Of a stretch of DNA of 64,000 nucleotides, positions 49,115 to 62,870 are shown in pieces. The DNA is from Ophelia neglecta (lineage: Eukaryota), in NCBI GenBank assembly GCA_965285935.1, contig OZ260666.1, forward strand, positions 3,162,001 through 3,226,000, in the 5' to 3' direction. The position numbers and the translations under genes are program-made. How positions within the stretch are numbered: the stretch's first letter is position 1; every line of letters starts with the position of its first letter. Below the pieces are notes generated by a model. The model was given only the letters and a program-made list of their open reading frames with translations, was not told the origin of the DNA and did not search any database.

Positions 49115-50197
49115 ATGTCAGTCACCTCTAGGCCTTCAATGGAAGAATGTTTACAAGACAAGAGTCTTTGGCTGAAAGTGGATGCGGAACGCATGCGACG
49201 AATGACAGAACCCCAAATGGCTGAAACTATACTTGAACTAGCAAAACAAGAAGAAGTTTCTGTCTCCCCCGACCATTTTCTTGGTGCCCAATACATTCCA
49301 CCAAGAAAAATATGGATAATTTACCTGGCAGACCGAAATACGCACGCCTTGTTGCTATCTTTGGGGTCAGTCAATGTAGATGGAAGCAACTACTCTATCA
49401 CCGACTTTAGCGAAAAAAAATCTTTTACAACAAGGAGCAAAAATATCAGGATTTCCATTCATGGAATTCCGTTCCATGTCTGTGACGAGGAAATAACCGA
49501 ATGGATTACTCAGTTTGGAACCGTGGTGACACCTGTCCAGAAAGCTTTTGCAAAGCAAAAGCCAGATGACTCAAAGTTCAAGTCCCTTCTTACAGGGAAC
49601 AGGTTTTGTTTTGTCTCAGAAATAACAAATCCTATAGCACGCTACACAAAATACACCCTAGCAGATCCTTGTGACCCCAAAACACTCATCGAGCTGCCGA
49701 TAGTCATCTTCCATAATGGCCAGCCAGTCAACTGCAAATACTGCAAGGGCGACCATGGAGTTGAGGACTGCACAGTGCTTCTGGCAAGAGTAAAATGCTC
49801 TTTGTGTAAAGAGCGAGGCCACAGACCTGAGCAATGCCCAACCAACGTTCAGGAGAAAGAGAAATCGGAAAGTTCGGACAGCAGCGGAAAAAAAAGTGAC
49901 TCTGAACAAGAAACACTGAAATCAGGAGAGTCTTCTTCGGACAAAAACGCTACAAGTACACCAGCAGAAAATGTCAAAGAAAAACCAGAGATCAAAGAAC
50001 AGGACTCTGGGTCAAAAGGAGAGGCTTCGAAAAAGGAAAAAAAAAAGAAAAAAGCAGAACAGCAATCCAAACAATCCAGCGACCAACTGGGTATAGAACA
50101 GTTCATGACAGAAACACCAAATGTGCGACCAAAGCGCAAGAATGTTCTTACCCCGGTTGAAAATGAATCCAAGCAACGAAAAAGTGAAAAGACTTAA
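49115..50197 (+). CDS. LINE ORF1p (gag-like; RRM-like region plus two zinc knuckles)
   Basis: ISIHGIPFHV..FG; CKYCKGDHGVEDC and CSLCKERGHRPEQC; basic low-complexity C-terminus. Confidence 0.9.
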   Translation: MSVTSRPSMEECLQDKSLWLKVDAERMRRMTEPQMAETILELAKQEEVSVSPDHFLGAQYIPPRKIWIIYLADRNTHALLLSLGSVNVDGSNYSITDFSEKKSFTTRSKNIRISIHGIPFHVCDEEITEWITQFGTVVTPVQKAFAKQKPDDSKFKSLLTGNRFCFVSEITNPIARYTKYTLADPCDPKTLIELPIVIFHNGQPVNCKYCKGDHGVEDCTVLLARVKCSLCKERGHRPEQCPTNVQEKEKSESSDSSGKKSDSEQETLKSGESSSDKNATSTPAENVKEKPEIKEQDSGSKGEASKKEKKKKKAEQQSKQSSDQLGIEQFMTETPNVRPKRKNVLTPVENESKQRKSEKT

Positions 50198-50361
50198 ATG
50201 ACTTCAAATCCTATTTATTCAAACACATCTTTCGACGACGAATTTCCGCTACTCCACTATTCAGGGAATAGCTTTATCGATCCTAACAAATTTTGGCTTA
50301 TAGGCCTATACTTATATAATTTTCAACTAGATGTAATATATGTGTAAATTTGAAACTTGTA

Positions 50362-53300
50362 ATGACAAAATTGATTACGGTAAATTGTAGAGGTCTGAAG
50401 CAGAATCTGAAACGAAGAACTATTTTTGAGTATTTTAAACGAAATTACATTGATATAGCTTTACTACAAGAATCCTACATCCAGGAAAGTGACGTAAATA
50501 GATGGAAAATGGAATGGGGAGGTCATATGTTTTATGTACCGGGATCAGCCCATAGCTGTGGTGAAGTTATACTTATTCATAAGAAAGCTAAATGCGAGAG
50601 TTTGAACATTGTAGAAAAAACCTCAAGGATGTTAGCTGTATCCTTTCAACTTGAGGATGAATTCTATATACTGGTTAATTTATATGTTCCAAATAAGCAC
50701 GAAGAAAAAGTTAGCTTTATGAAATTTGTTAAAGGAAAAATAAAAATGTTAGTTCGGAGTTATCCCGAATATTTTATGGTGATAGCTGGGGATTTTAACT
50801 GTTCACTGCAGACAGAATTAGACATATTAGCGGGAAATCCCCACTTAAATAGTGAAATTGCATCTTTTAAGGATATTTTAGAAGACAATAATTTGAAGGA
50901 TATCTGGAGACTTCGGCACCCGGGGGAAAAAAACTTCACCTGGCGCCATAAGTCGTTAAATATTGTACGACGATTAGATTATATATTAGTTAATAATAGG
51001 TTACTAGATAAGATTATATCGGCAGATATAGTAGATGTCCCTCTTGCTGATCATAGAGGGGTATTAATGAAATTGGGTTCCCCCAATAAGGACAGAGGAC
51101 CCTCCTACTGGAAACTGAATAATCAATTGTTACGAGAAAGGGTTTATATCGATAAAATAAATGAAATTATAAAAAGTGTAAATGAAAACTATAAAAATGT
51201 TCGTCCGGATATAAAACTGGAAATTTTAAAGACAAAAGTGAAGTTTTTCTCCTTGGAATATAGTAAGCAGCGCTCAAAACGAAATAAATCTAAATACAAC
51301 AGCCTATCAGAGAAGGTCAAAATAGCTAATGAGAATTTATCAAAGGATCCAACCAATATATTCTTAAAAAATTTATCAAACTCCTGTCAAAAAGAACTTG
51401 AATTACATGAAATTGAATTGACCAAGGGAGCCCAAATTAGATCGAAATATAAATGGATACAAGAAGGGGAAAAAAGTACGAAGTTCTTTCTGAATTTAGA
51501 GAAAGAAAGAGGCATTGAAAAAATAATAACAAAAATTGTAGATGAACAAGGACTCTTATATGAAAATCGAGAACAAATATTGGAGCAAATTTTCCTTTTC
51601 TACCAGAAACTATACTGTAAAGATATACTCTTCAATGAAATCACACTAGACCAATTTATCGCAGACTTACCCTTACCAAAACTTACTCAAGAAGATTTAA
51701 ATTTATGCGAAGGCTTGCTCAGTATGGATGAATGCACAAACGCCCTTAAAAGCATGAAAAACGATTCAAGTCCCGGTATTGACGGGTTAAGTGCTGCGTG
51801 GTACAAAACTTTTTGGTGTAAAATTAAGGTGTTGGTGGTAGAAGCATTAAATTATGCACAAGCTTCCGTATGTATGACCAAGTCCCAAAGAACTAGCATT
51901 ATAATTATCCATCATAAAGGCAAAAAACTGCCCCGAGAAAACTTGACAAATTGGCGACCAATTTCATTAAGTACAACAGATTATAAAATAGCAGCTAAGG
52001 CCATTGCAAATCGGATAAAGAAGGTACTGCCAAATTTAATCAGCCCCGACCAATCCGGTTTCATAAAGGGTCGATCTGCTAGTGACATAATAAGGGCAAT
52101 AAACGATATTATAGAATATACAGACATTAAAAATATTCCTGGCATATTGATAGCCCTCGATTTTCAAAAGGCTTTCGACAGCATTTCAAAGGAATTTATG
52201 TTTAAATGTCTAGAAATTTTCGGTTTTGGACCTTTGTTAGTAAACTGGGTAAAAACATTAAATTATTCAAATAATGCAAAAGTTTGCCATGGCGGATGGT
52301 TTACAAATCCTTTTAAGCTTGAAAGGGGCATGCGGCAGGGATGTCCCCTCTCGCCTTTAATCTTTATACTTGCTTTAGAAATCCTCTCATGTAAAGTGAG
52401 GGAGTCACGAGATATTAAAGGGATACCATTGAAAAATATACATGGTAACTACACCTACACAAAACTCCTTCAATTCGCGGATGACAGCACTGGCTTAGTC
52501 AGTGATGAAGAATCCTTACATAACTATTTTACTCTTATTGACTCTTTCTATATAATCTCCGGTCTGAGACTAAATAAATCAAAAAGTGAGGCTGTCTGGC
52601 TTGGGTGTTGGAAATTCCGGCGAAAACAGATAGGAAATCTGAAATGGCATTTATATCCTGACAACAAAATAAAAATCTTGGGTGTATATTTCAATAACAC
52701 AAGTGGTGCCTCAAATTTGGATGAAAATTTTAATCCGAAAATAGAAAAATGTAAATCTATAATGAAGTCAATGATACAACGAGGTCTGTCTATTCTTGGT
52801 AAAATTCAAGTTGTTAAATCTTTATTATCAAGTCTATTTGTTCATCTTATGCAAAGCATTATTTTTCCCCAACGTATTTTGGATCGTCTTAATAGATTAT
52901 TTTTTAATTTCATTTGGGCAAATAACTACGAGCAAGCTATATCTAACAAAGCTTTAGATAGGGTAGCTCGTCAAACTATTATTAGACAATACAGAGAAGG
53001 TGGGCTTCGTATGATAGATATAAATTTCTTTTATAAACAACTTCTTTTTAAATGGGTCGGTAAGCTTTTATTCAGTGAGACGGCATCATGGAAGGTTATC
53101 CCCTCTGTTTTTTATAATCACTTTGGTAGAGAATATAGCGTATTTAATAGTTATGTCAAATTTAAAAATTTCAGAGGTATGCCAACTGTAAAACCTCGCT
53201 ATTGGTCTCATTTACTGGAATTGTGGCTAGATCAAAAATATATATGTAGGTATAACAAGGTCAATGTTCTCTTTAATAATAGCCACATTGTGTATCATGG

Positions 53301-54066
53301 AAATGTTATATTCATAAAGAGATGGATAGATGCAGGGATAACATATGTACATGATATCTTGGATAGAGGTGTTATATCATACGAGAAGTTGACGGAAGTT
53401 ATTCCAGATTCAACATTAACCAAATGGGAATTTAATATAGCAAGAAATGCCATTGGAAATACAGACGTGTGCGCTTTGAAGGAATGTAGATCCCAGGTGT
53501 TTTTTAATGACCTAACTATATGTGAAAACTTAAAATCAAATTTACTTGGAAATCAGTTCTTGTTATCTCTACCAGATACTGCATCCTCAATATGTAGATA
53601 TTGGACCCGAAAATACTGTTGTCATGAAATTCCACCTGAGATATTAGAACTAGCAAGTAATGTCTGTAAAGAGCCTAGGCTAATTTCCTTGCAGTGGAAA
53701 ATATTGCATGCAGTGTATCCTACTAATATATATTTGCATAAAATTGGGAAGACTGATACGACATTATGTAATATATGCAGTATCGACGAAACGCTAGAAC
53801 ATCTCTTTTTCCATTGTACCAGGTCACAGCACTTATGGAAACTAGTCGCTGAAGATGTATCACGGTTGCTTAAAAAGAGAATTGTACTTACAGAACGTGA
53901 AGTTATATTGGGCTTAAACCCTGATAAAAATAACAAATTAGTAAATTATCTGATTCTTTTGGGAAAGCTAGTTATAGGTAAAAAACGATTTTATGACAGT
54001 CACCCTAATGTATCCATACTCTATGAAAATGAGAAATATTGGAGAAAACTTGAAATTATTGTTTAG
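50362..54066 (+). CDS. LINE ORF2p (APE endonuclease, reverse transcriptase, C-terminal zinc finger)
   Basis: TVNCRGL, LQES, GDFN, RLDY, DHR; WRPISL, DFQKAFD, RQGCPLSP, QFADD; CNIC..ETLEHLFFHC. First ATG at 50362; uninterrupted. Confidence 0.95.
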   Translation: MTKLITVNCRGLKQNLKRRTIFEYFKRNYIDIALLQESYIQESDVNRWKMEWGGHMFYVPGSAHSCGEVILIHKKAKCESLNIVEKTSRMLAVSFQLEDEFYILVNLYVPNKHEEKVSFMKFVKGKIKMLVRSYPEYFMVIAGDFNCSLQTELDILAGNPHLNSEIASFKDILEDNNLKDIWRLRHPGEKNFTWRHKSLNIVRRLDYILVNNRLLDKIISADIVDVPLADHRGVLMKLGSPNKDRGPSYWKLNNQLLRERVYIDKINEIIKSVNENYKNVRPDIKLEILKTKVKFFSLEYSKQRSKRNKSKYNSLSEKVKIANENLSKDPTNIFLKNLSNSCQKELELHEIELTKGAQIRSKYKWIQEGEKSTKFFLNLEKERGIEKIITKIVDEQGLLYENREQILEQIFLFYQKLYCKDILFNEITLDQFIADLPLPKLTQEDLNLCEGLLSMDECTNALKSMKNDSSPGIDGLSAAWYKTFWCKIKVLVVEALNYAQASVCMTKSQRTSIIIIHHKGKKLPRENLTNWRPISLSTTDYKIAAKAIANRIKKVLPNLISPDQSGFIKGRSASDIIRAINDIIEYTDIKNIPGILIALDFQKAFDSISKEFMFKCLEIFGFGPLLVNWVKTLNYSNNAKVCHGGWFTNPFKLERGMRQGCPLSPLIFILALEILSCKVRESRDIKGIPLKNIHGNYTYTKLLQFADDSTGLVSDEESLHNYFTLIDSFYIISGLRLNKSKSEAVWLGCWKFRRKQIGNLKWHLYPDNKIKILGVYFNNTSGASNLDENFNPKIEKCKSIMKSMIQRGLSILGKIQVVKSLLSSLFVHLMQSIIFPQRILDRLNRLFFNFIWANNYEQAISNKALDRVARQTIIRQYREGGLRMIDINFFYKQLLFKWVGKLLFSETASWKVIPSVFYNHFGREYSVFNSYVKFKNFRGMPTVKPRYWSHLLELWLDQKYICRYNKVNVLFNNSHIVYHGNVIFIKRWIDAGITYVHDILDRGVISYEKLTEVIPDSTLTKWEFNIARNAIGNTDVCALKECRSQVFFNDLTICENLKSNLLGNQFLLSLPDTASSICRYWTRKYCCHEIPPEILELASNVCKEPRLISLQWKILHAVYPTNIYLHKIGKTDTTLCNICSIDETLEHLFFHCTRSQHLWKLVAEDVSRLLKKRIVLTEREVILGLNPDKNNKLVNYLILLGKLVIGKKRFYDSHPNVSILYENEKYWRKLEIIV

Positions 54067-54206
54067 AAAATAAAAAAAAATCCCCTGTATTGTTAGTATC
54101 AATTAGATATCGTACATATACCATTCATCCCCTAACCACGTGGGAATGTAGGTATAATTATAGTGCAAAGCGTGGTTAAGAAAAAATGAGAGAAAAAAAT
54201 AAAATC

Positions 54207-54253
<47 letters not shown>

Positions 54254-57200
54254 CCAATTAAATTATTTTCAATAGTTGAATGAATCATTCTCTAGTTTAA
54301 AATACATAACTAAACTCCGAAGATAGTTTCCTTCGTTAGACCTGTTATATCTATAACTACTCCAACAAACCAGCCCGATGGGTTAACTCCATAGAAATAA
54401 CACATATACAACAGTAATTATTGTTTTTCTATGGTTATTAGCACCAGATTTTATTATCATTTGTATGAAGCTACTAAGCGATACACCATAATGCTGTAAA
54501 AATACCATTGCGCACCATGTACTCTAGATATGATCTCTAGGTAATTTTGCAATAAATATGTCATCTTTGACTGATCATCAGTTTATTACTAAATTGTTCA
54601 ACCTATATTATTTTATATGAAGAACACAGCTGTTTACAAGTTAGTTTGTCTTCTTCTACATGTATTTTTCTCTCGTTTGTCTTATGGAAACACTCTATTG
54701 TTTAAGCTTTAACTAGTATGTGGTAATATTCATTTAAGTATACTTATATAAAACGTGAACTAACATTCATCGACTGATGAATTAATTATGCCTTGAATGA
54801 CTAATTATGCCATGAATGTACTCAATTTATGTATAGAAACTGTGTGTATCATTGTAAGATGATTACAAACATTGCTGTTAATCTCACCACAATATGGAAT
54901 CTTTGTCGTTGGTAGACTTTTCTTTGCTGCTGTATGAATACAGTGATGATTACGTGAGTAGACTCATTGCCCCCGCATTGTAAAGCGCGGATTGCCGACA
55001 CGTTTAGAAATAGTGACGCGCATGATGCCGGAATCGAAACGACAGAACTAAAAATTTATGCAACATTGAAACTTAATTTTACCAAAGAATGTAGTAACTC
55101 TATATTCTAAACTTGCTTTACAATTATCCGCATTTTTTCCGAAGACGTCGCATTTATACTCTGCCGTAAGCATGCCAATGATATATATGATGGCTTTGGC
55201 CATAGATTTCCTTACTTGGTATTCTTTCGTTCGGCATTAAGCTGCTAGTATTAACAACGCCTTCAAGAGTTATACATTTTAAATATTTTATAGCGCAGAG
55301 TTATTTCAATTATTTGTGACAGAAAACATGCGACTTTAACATTGTCTATGTGTCGAAACTATGCGCTTGAAATATGAGAATTTGTTGATCGAGCATTTCT
55401 GATTTAAATCATCGAAATTATTTATAGGCCCACTCGATAGAGCAGTAGTTATTTTAAGGTATTTGTTTGCATTGATTAACACCGCTATCAAATAAAATAA
55501 CAAACGGCAACTTCTTTAGAAGTGATATAATATCATCCTTTTTATGTTTTTCCAGTAATATAATACATAAAAATGATTCAAAACAGTATCATAGCAAACA
55601 TAAAATCAACTTTAAACATATTTAAACAAGAGAAAACGCAATATATTGTCTAAGCACAATAATGTAAAATGAAACAAAAATGTACAACACAACTTTTCAA
55701 ATAAATGTAATTTCCCATTAATATTATTGGTAAATGCCTCTTATAAATACAATAGTAATTTTTCTGAATATTTTTCTCTTTCATCCAGAAAGATGATGTA
55801 TTAGTGTTCCCCGTAGTTGAACTTACTTATTGATTTTATTTTATATATATGATTTAACCAAATTACTTATTCTAAGCTTAGCAATATGTTATTTTATGCA
55901 AATCTATACCTTCTGAGTCTATTTCGTCTCTTTAAATTCAATTTCATTGCCCAAAAATAGAACAAATATTATGACAAACTCCCAAAGTAATATATATATA
56001 TATATAATATTCAAATATTATAATACACCGGAAAAATGCTACATGATATGTTTTTAAATATATAGAATATATTAATCAGAAGGACAAGAAAACAATGGCT
56101 TTTAGGTCCTCAATAAATGCGGCAATATTCATTTCAAGCAGAGTTGAAACCAAATAAATTACAGGGTACAGGGGAAAAGTATAAATCACCTTATCTATGA
56201 ACTGAATTATGATAAGCGAACAATTAAATAATGAATAATATCAATTTATTATGTGACTTGATAAGTAATTAAGCTTTAGTGCGGGTCCAGAAAGAATATA
56301 TCCACCAAATTATTTGCACAATTTTGTATCTTGTTCGACAAAGCCTGGGCCTTTTTACAATAAAAGGAAAATATGCTAGGAGTCAAAGACATCACACTGT
56401 AAACATTTATTTGATGGCTTGACTTTCACCTTGTGAAGCAAAATATCTGCTGGATAATTAGTATTCTCTTTTGCATGGTAATGAGACTGGTTTCCTTCGT
56501 GACATTGGGTGCAAGACCATGTGTTTCATTTTTTACAAGTCTTTCTCATATAAATTTACCCAGAATGTACTATGATCGTGATTTTCTTCATTGGGTATGT
56601 TCTTGTAATCATATTATTATTCGCTGAATCCAGATCCTTAAATATACATTTATCTTACGCTACATTTGTTTGGCCCGTTTATTCGCAAAATTGCTTTCCC
56701 CAAACAGTTTGGTTTAAATTCATTACTGGGTTTCGCCCTAATTTATCCAAGACGTTTGCTGGTAAAAGTTTCCTCGGTTATCTATCTATGACTTCCCTTG
56801 TGGGTATTGTAGCCGGCATAAGAAACCTAAACTATCACAATAAACCTCACTTTGTTACTTGAATTTCACCCATGAGAGAAAGGTTCTTCATAGATAAAGC
56901 CTTAGTTATATTTTCGCATTTGATAAATTAAGCCTCCGAATTTCCCGGTAATTATTTGCTTTTTCTCTCTTATAGATATACCAAGAATGTTTTGTAGTTG
57001 TCGGGATATATTTTCCATTTGGTTTGATCATTAAATGTGGATATCTCTTGTTTACGAAGGGGGAATAAATAGTCATCTGCAGCATTTGATGCTAAGGCGA
57101 TCTCGCCTCGTTACAGATGCACCACGGGTTTATGTGTAGCAAAATTAAATATGACAGTATACCATCTGGAGCAAAGTTTTCGACTGCTTATATGATTTTT

Positions 57201-57399
57201 AATTGCGGACTGAACAGGGTTAAACGACGCCTGATTCCCATCTACATCTTTGTCTATACTGGACAGTCTGAAGGCACAGGATAAACGTCCAGGTAGGACA
57301 CCCTCAAGGCGCATGGCATGGATGAAATATTTTCTTACAGTCGAATAATTTTATCATTGTCGCTCTCTATTTAAACTCGATCCTGTACCGTCATCTCGC

Positions 57400-60300
57400 C
57401 CATGTTTTTTACCTCACTACACGCCGCTCAAATGGCGATTTTGGATTGTTTTTCTTCTTCATCGATATGCTTTTCACTTTAATATACATATGCTACACAC
57501 GCACTTCAAAGCATGTACACACATGATACACGATGACTTTAATATTCCCCAGTTCAACACACTACGCGTACTTTTTTAACAACAATTGACATTATTGAGT
57601 ATTGTTTTGATGGTTGTGCGCATGCTCGGTGATGGAAGCTGCCTTTCATTTCAATGAGAATATTATTGAAAATATTACGGATACCAACAGAGAGACAAAG
57701 AAAAGACAAAGACAGGACGCTTCTAATACCAGTGAAACTTCATTCCAGGTTAGGAAAAGGCTTAATTTTAACGACACAGTAATAGAAATGAATCCTGAGC
57801 ACCACACTGACCAAAATGTAAAGGCGGTATTGGCCATTGTGAAAGGTACGCAAGCCACCCTACATGAATACAATAGGCGCGTGACACTCCTTGAACAATG
57901 GTCTGTACAACAGCAACAAATGAATGACCACATACATCGAGCAATCAGTGTTATGGAATACAAACTGCTTGACCTGGAAGCACGCTCACGAAGGCTTAAT
58001 CTTATCTTCCATAACACAAGGGAGGAAGGACACCGAGAAAACACCAGGGATGTGCTGGCATCGTATTTCTCCGTAGATTTGGGCCTTTCTGACGCTCAGG
58101 TAGAAAGCATATTTTATTTAGCGTTCTCACCGTCTAGGGGCATCGAGGGGAAGGGCACGCCCGATCATTGCGTGTTTCCGTGATGAATGGGCTGTCAACA
58201 ATATTCTAGACGCTGCCCGCACAAGACATAAGGAAAAGGAGATTTCAAAAGACCTGCCGAAAGTAATAAGGGATGCTAAAAGTGTCTCCTTCCCAAGATG
58301 CACGAGGCAAGAAGAAGAGGAAATCATGCTGTAATTAGGTTTCCAGCTGCACTCGTGGTGGATTCAGTGGTTGTGATTGACTGCTTTCATGGATTCCGAA
58401 ACACTGGCCAGGCAAATTTCATGGCTACATCAACCCCAATAAGGGAGCTTCCCGAGACAAGTTGGCACCGTGGTCCTTCCGGTGCTGCAGGTGTGGCGGC
58501 ATTTTCTCCTCCGCAGCAGCCATTACAACAGCAGACAATAGGATTTCCGCAAAATGCCTATAGGCCTGTTAATTATTATGGACCATACGACGCATCAATC
58601 CAACAGACGAGACCATGCTATGGGACTCAGCGTCCACAACTACCCTACCAAACCAGTTATAGCAGGGCGGCAAGACCCACAACTGGACCTGTTATGCCAC
58701 CTCCGCTGATTGCTCATCGTGCTCCGGGTATGATCCCGGCCGACCGTCCTGTAACTGCGTCTGTCAACCTAGCGGGCAATCAACAGTTTGCTGCGCCCAG
58801 GCCAAATGCCACATCATCATCAGTAATGAGGAGTACGAGTGAAGGACAAACAGTCCCTGTCTCCACTGGCATACGGACACAGCAGAATGATCTTCTGCAT
58901 GAAACACAGGAGGCGGGTCCTTCGGCTGATGGCGGTACGGGAACAGTCAACCCGCCAGTGGGAGATCAAGGCCTTCCTCCCGACACCGGACAGCCGCGGG
59001 CAGTGTAGCTGCCACAATCAGTAACCGATCTGTCCTTCCTGGTCTGGAATATCAGAGGTCTTGCAACGAAAACTTACTCCAAGATTTTAGATCCCCAGTT
59101 CTTGGAGATTGTGGATCAATCTGACATCTTGTTGTTCACCGAAACATGGAGCAATGATTTGCAAAACCTGGACATTCCCGGATATGACGCAGTTTATAGA
59201 GAAGAACTTAACCCGAGAGCAAAAAGGTTTTCAGGTGGTATTGCCGTTTATTTTCAGTCGCATCTGGCGAAGGGAATAACAATTCTAAAAAAAGTAAAAG
59301 ATTGTATATTATGGTAAAAACTGTCTAAAGTATATTTTGTTGGTGATAAAGACATTTTGATTGCTCTGGTTTATAATGTCCCTCAGGACTCGACTAGAGC
59401 TCCAGACTCACCAAATGTTTTTGCTTTGTTGGAGTCCCATATTGCAGAGTTCGAAAGTGTACAACCAGATACATATGTATATATTGTGACTGGGGACTTT
59501 AACGCCAGAACTGGGGTATTGAATGATTTTATTCGATTCGATAATAATTCTTCTGATCATATACTGCTGCCCGAAGAGTATGCTGATGATTCTACCTTAC
59601 CAAGAACTTCAATGGATGTTACTGTTAATAATTATGGGCACAGGTTACTAGATCTGTGTTGTGCTACCGGCCTCCGTATTGCAAACGGTCGGCTTGGGAA
59701 TGATAAAGATTGTGGTAAATATACATATATAGGTGGAGTCGGAGCAAGTGTTATAGATTATGTACTGTGTAAGCAGTCAGATTTTGCTCTGTTCTCTAGT
59801 TTTTCTGTAGGTGACCCAAATGTTATGAGTGACCATAGCCCTCTTAAATTTGAATTTAAAAAATTGGGTAATAAGCCGGAGAGTAAACCTGCAGTGATGA
59901 GTACTAAATTAGCTTGGAATTCAGAATGTGTAGGTCAATTTAGAGCCTCATTAAATAGTGCTCTCGGTAGTTAAAATCATATAGTTAACTCCAATCATAG
60001 CATTGACATCCAGGTTACTAAATATACAGATAAATTACTTGATGTCGCGCTGCCTCTTCTCGGTAAACAAATCCGGCCACATGCTGTACGAACTACACCA
60101 GTTATTGATACTCCTGCGTGGATGTGCAATAAATGCGAGCTCTTGCGAGATGAATTTCATGAAAAGCTTGATTTATATAGACAGAATAGTATCGAAGATA
60201 TTCGGGCGAATTTGAGATTGGCTAGATCTAAATACTCTAAGCACGCTGATATTTGTAAAAAGAAACATAGCGTAGGTCAAACAAAATCATTGCTAGATGC

Positions 60301-62390
60301 CCGTAAGAATAATGCCAGATTATACTGGAAAATGTTGAAAGGTTCAGCTAGTCGTGTTTACCCAAACATTGAAATGGCTGAATTCTATAATTTCTTCAAA
60401 ACTATTTCTAACCCCCCAAACATTGAAGACTTCGAGATTGCTGATGAATATAACTCATTTGTGCAAGACTATGTAAGAGATGAGTCTATGTTTAGTGAAT
60501 TGGATACGGAGATATCTGTAAGTGAGATTCTGTCAGCGATTTGGCAGCTTAAGGCTGGTAAGGCGGCAGGGCCCGACTTACTGATTAATGAACTATTCAT
60601 TTATGCAGATGAGTTGGTACCGTCGTTGCAGGGGCTCTTTAACAATATCTTGAGTGCTGGTGACTTTCCGTCCTCTTGGACAGATGGTATCATTTTACCC
60701 ATCCATAAGAAGGGCTCTTTACACCAAGCTGAAAACTATCGTGGGATAACGTTACTTAGCGTACTGGCAAAGCTGTTCACTCGCATTCTTAACAATCGCC
60801 TGACTTCTTGGGCAGAGGAGTATGGGGTGTATATCGAAGGTCAGGCAGGCTTCCGTGCTGGCTATGGTACAATAGACAATTTATTTGTTCTGCATGGGCT
60901 TATATCAAATTATTTGAATTCTAAAAAACAATTATACTGCTGCTTTATTGACTTCCGTAAAGCCTTTGATTATGTCAATAGAAATGGTCTATGGTATAAA
61001 CTCATAAAGTCAGGAATTTCTGGCAAGCTTTTTAATGTTATAAAAAGCATGTATTCTTGTGTTAAATCAGCTGTTCGGTCCTTGACTGGGGAAATTAGTG
61101 AGTCGTTCGAATGTTTATTAGGCGTCCGTCAAGGCGAAAGCCTCTCTTCATTTTTATTTTCTATTTACATTAATGATCTTGATCATGAATTATCTAATAG
61201 CCAACAACCCACAGGAATTAGCATTGATTATATTAAGCTCTATATACTTCTGTATGCTGACGATGCCGTCATATTGGCAGATATGACGGAGGGTCTGCAA
61301 TCACGACTGAATACACTAGAAACATATTGTGAAACATGGAAATTGAAGTTAAGCACAGAAAAAACTAAAGTGGTAATTTTTAGAAAAGGGGGTAGGTTAC
61401 CGGGGAATCTGGGGTTCAAGTATAAAACAGCAAAATTAGAAGTAGTCTCGAACTTTTCTTATTTGGGTTTAGTCTTACCAGCGGGCGGCTCTTGGACGGC
61501 AGCCCAGGAGACCCTGGCGAAGCAGGCCACGAAAGCAGTTTTTTGTTTGAAAAAATATACATATAGATATAACATGAGCCCCAAAGACATGTGCTCTTTA
61601 TTTGATAAATTAGTTCTTCCTGTTTTATACTATTCCTCTGAACTATGGGGCTTTCATCGGGGGGTGAATGTAGAGAGGGTTCATCTCAAATTTTTATAAA
61701 AGTATCTTAAACTTAAAAGACAGAACAAAGAATGAAATGGTTTATGGGGAGCTTAATCGGTTTCCTTTACAAATTAATAGGTACCTAAATATAATTAAAT
61801 TGTGGCTTAAACTGATTCAAGTAGGTGGTAATAAGCTAATGCAGAAAGTCTATTGAATGTTATACAGCAGAATACAGCAGGATAATTGGGCCAGTAAAGT
61901 AAAATATCTTCTGTTCAAATACGGTTTCGGAGAAGCTTGGCTGAATCAAGGTGTTGCCGATGTAAAACAATTTATAGTGTTATTTAAACAGAGACTCTTT
62001 GATTGCTATAAGCAAGATTGACATGGGAATATAAACGATTCCTCAAAGTGTATATTTTATCGGTTTGTTCATCCAGACTTTGGCGTTCTGCCTTCTTATA
62101 TGAACTGTGATGTGAGCATCAAGTATAAAAAAACACTGTGCAGATTTAGGTGTCGCGATCATTATTTGTATGTGGAGAGGGGCAGCTGGCAAAGGCCACC
62201 TGTAGAGTTTTCAGAGCGCAAATGTAGTGTATGTGATAAGTTGGACGATGAATACCATTTTGGACTGGAATGTTGTTTATTTTTCGAACTACGTGCCAGA
62301 TATATTCCAAGATACTATGTAGTAAGGCCTAATGTATATAAATTTTTGGAACTGCTTAGATCTGCCAATAGTAAAACTCTAAATAACTTA
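57400..62390 (+). mobile_element. Decayed near-full-length LINE of a different clade (RTE-X-like; clade uncertain)
   Basis: ORF1 remnant (coiled coil, LEARSRRLNLIFH, then P/Q-rich) at 57631-59008 with frameshifts. ORF2 pieces WNIRGL, GDFNAR, IDY, SDH, YRGITL, DFRKAFD, RQGESLS, LYADD and CSVC..DEYHF..C are broken by stops or frameshifts (59315, 59972, 61697 and others). Ends are approximate; no TSD found. Confidence 0.85.
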
Positions 62391-62559
62391 TATCTCTTAA
62401 GGCCAACAGCTCAAATAAGGAGAGTATATTCAAAATTTTCGGTAGCAAATTTGGCCACAAAACAACATACCTAGGTCAAATTCTTTGTAATGCCAAAAGT
62501 TTCTTAACCAACCGACTCTGTCACACTGTATGATTCCTTTGTAAACCCTTATTTAAATT

Positions 62560-62870
62560 ATTATGTTGAGGTTTCAAAACAACTAATATTCTGCCATTGC
62601 AGGAGATTTATTTATACTCTGCAACATGTTTATGTGCAAATGTATTAATAATTTACATACCCAGATTTCGGATGGGATACCCATTGTCAATGTTGACTTT
62701 TATAAGGATCTCACCAGACAGGTTTCAACATTCTTTTGACTTAATTTTTTTTTTTGTGTCCATAACTATTAAGTATGGGGGAGTAACTCTGTGGTATTAT
62801 TTCTGCAAGGTTATTGAGAATAAATGTACTTTCGCCAATTTAAAGAAACAATTGAAGGCATTCTGATTTA
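62560..62870 (+). mobile_element. Degenerate CR1/L2-like LINE C-terminal fragment
   Basis: ILPLQEIY... and IKYGGVTLW...FANLKKQLKAF resemble the same region as the 2825-3334 fragment. Confidence 0.4.

Larger units (their letters stand above)
48811..54249 (+). mobile_element. Full-length intact L1/Tx1-clade LINE
   Basis: 5'UTR, ORF1, ORF2 and poly(A) at 54208-54250; perfect 15-bp TSD ATACCCAATTAAATT at 48796-48810 and 54250-54264. Confidence 0.95.

Noticed and set aside
54300-57350. Possible gene or transposon remnant between the two LINEs
   Set aside because: Very AT-rich with only short ORFs and no motif I can support.
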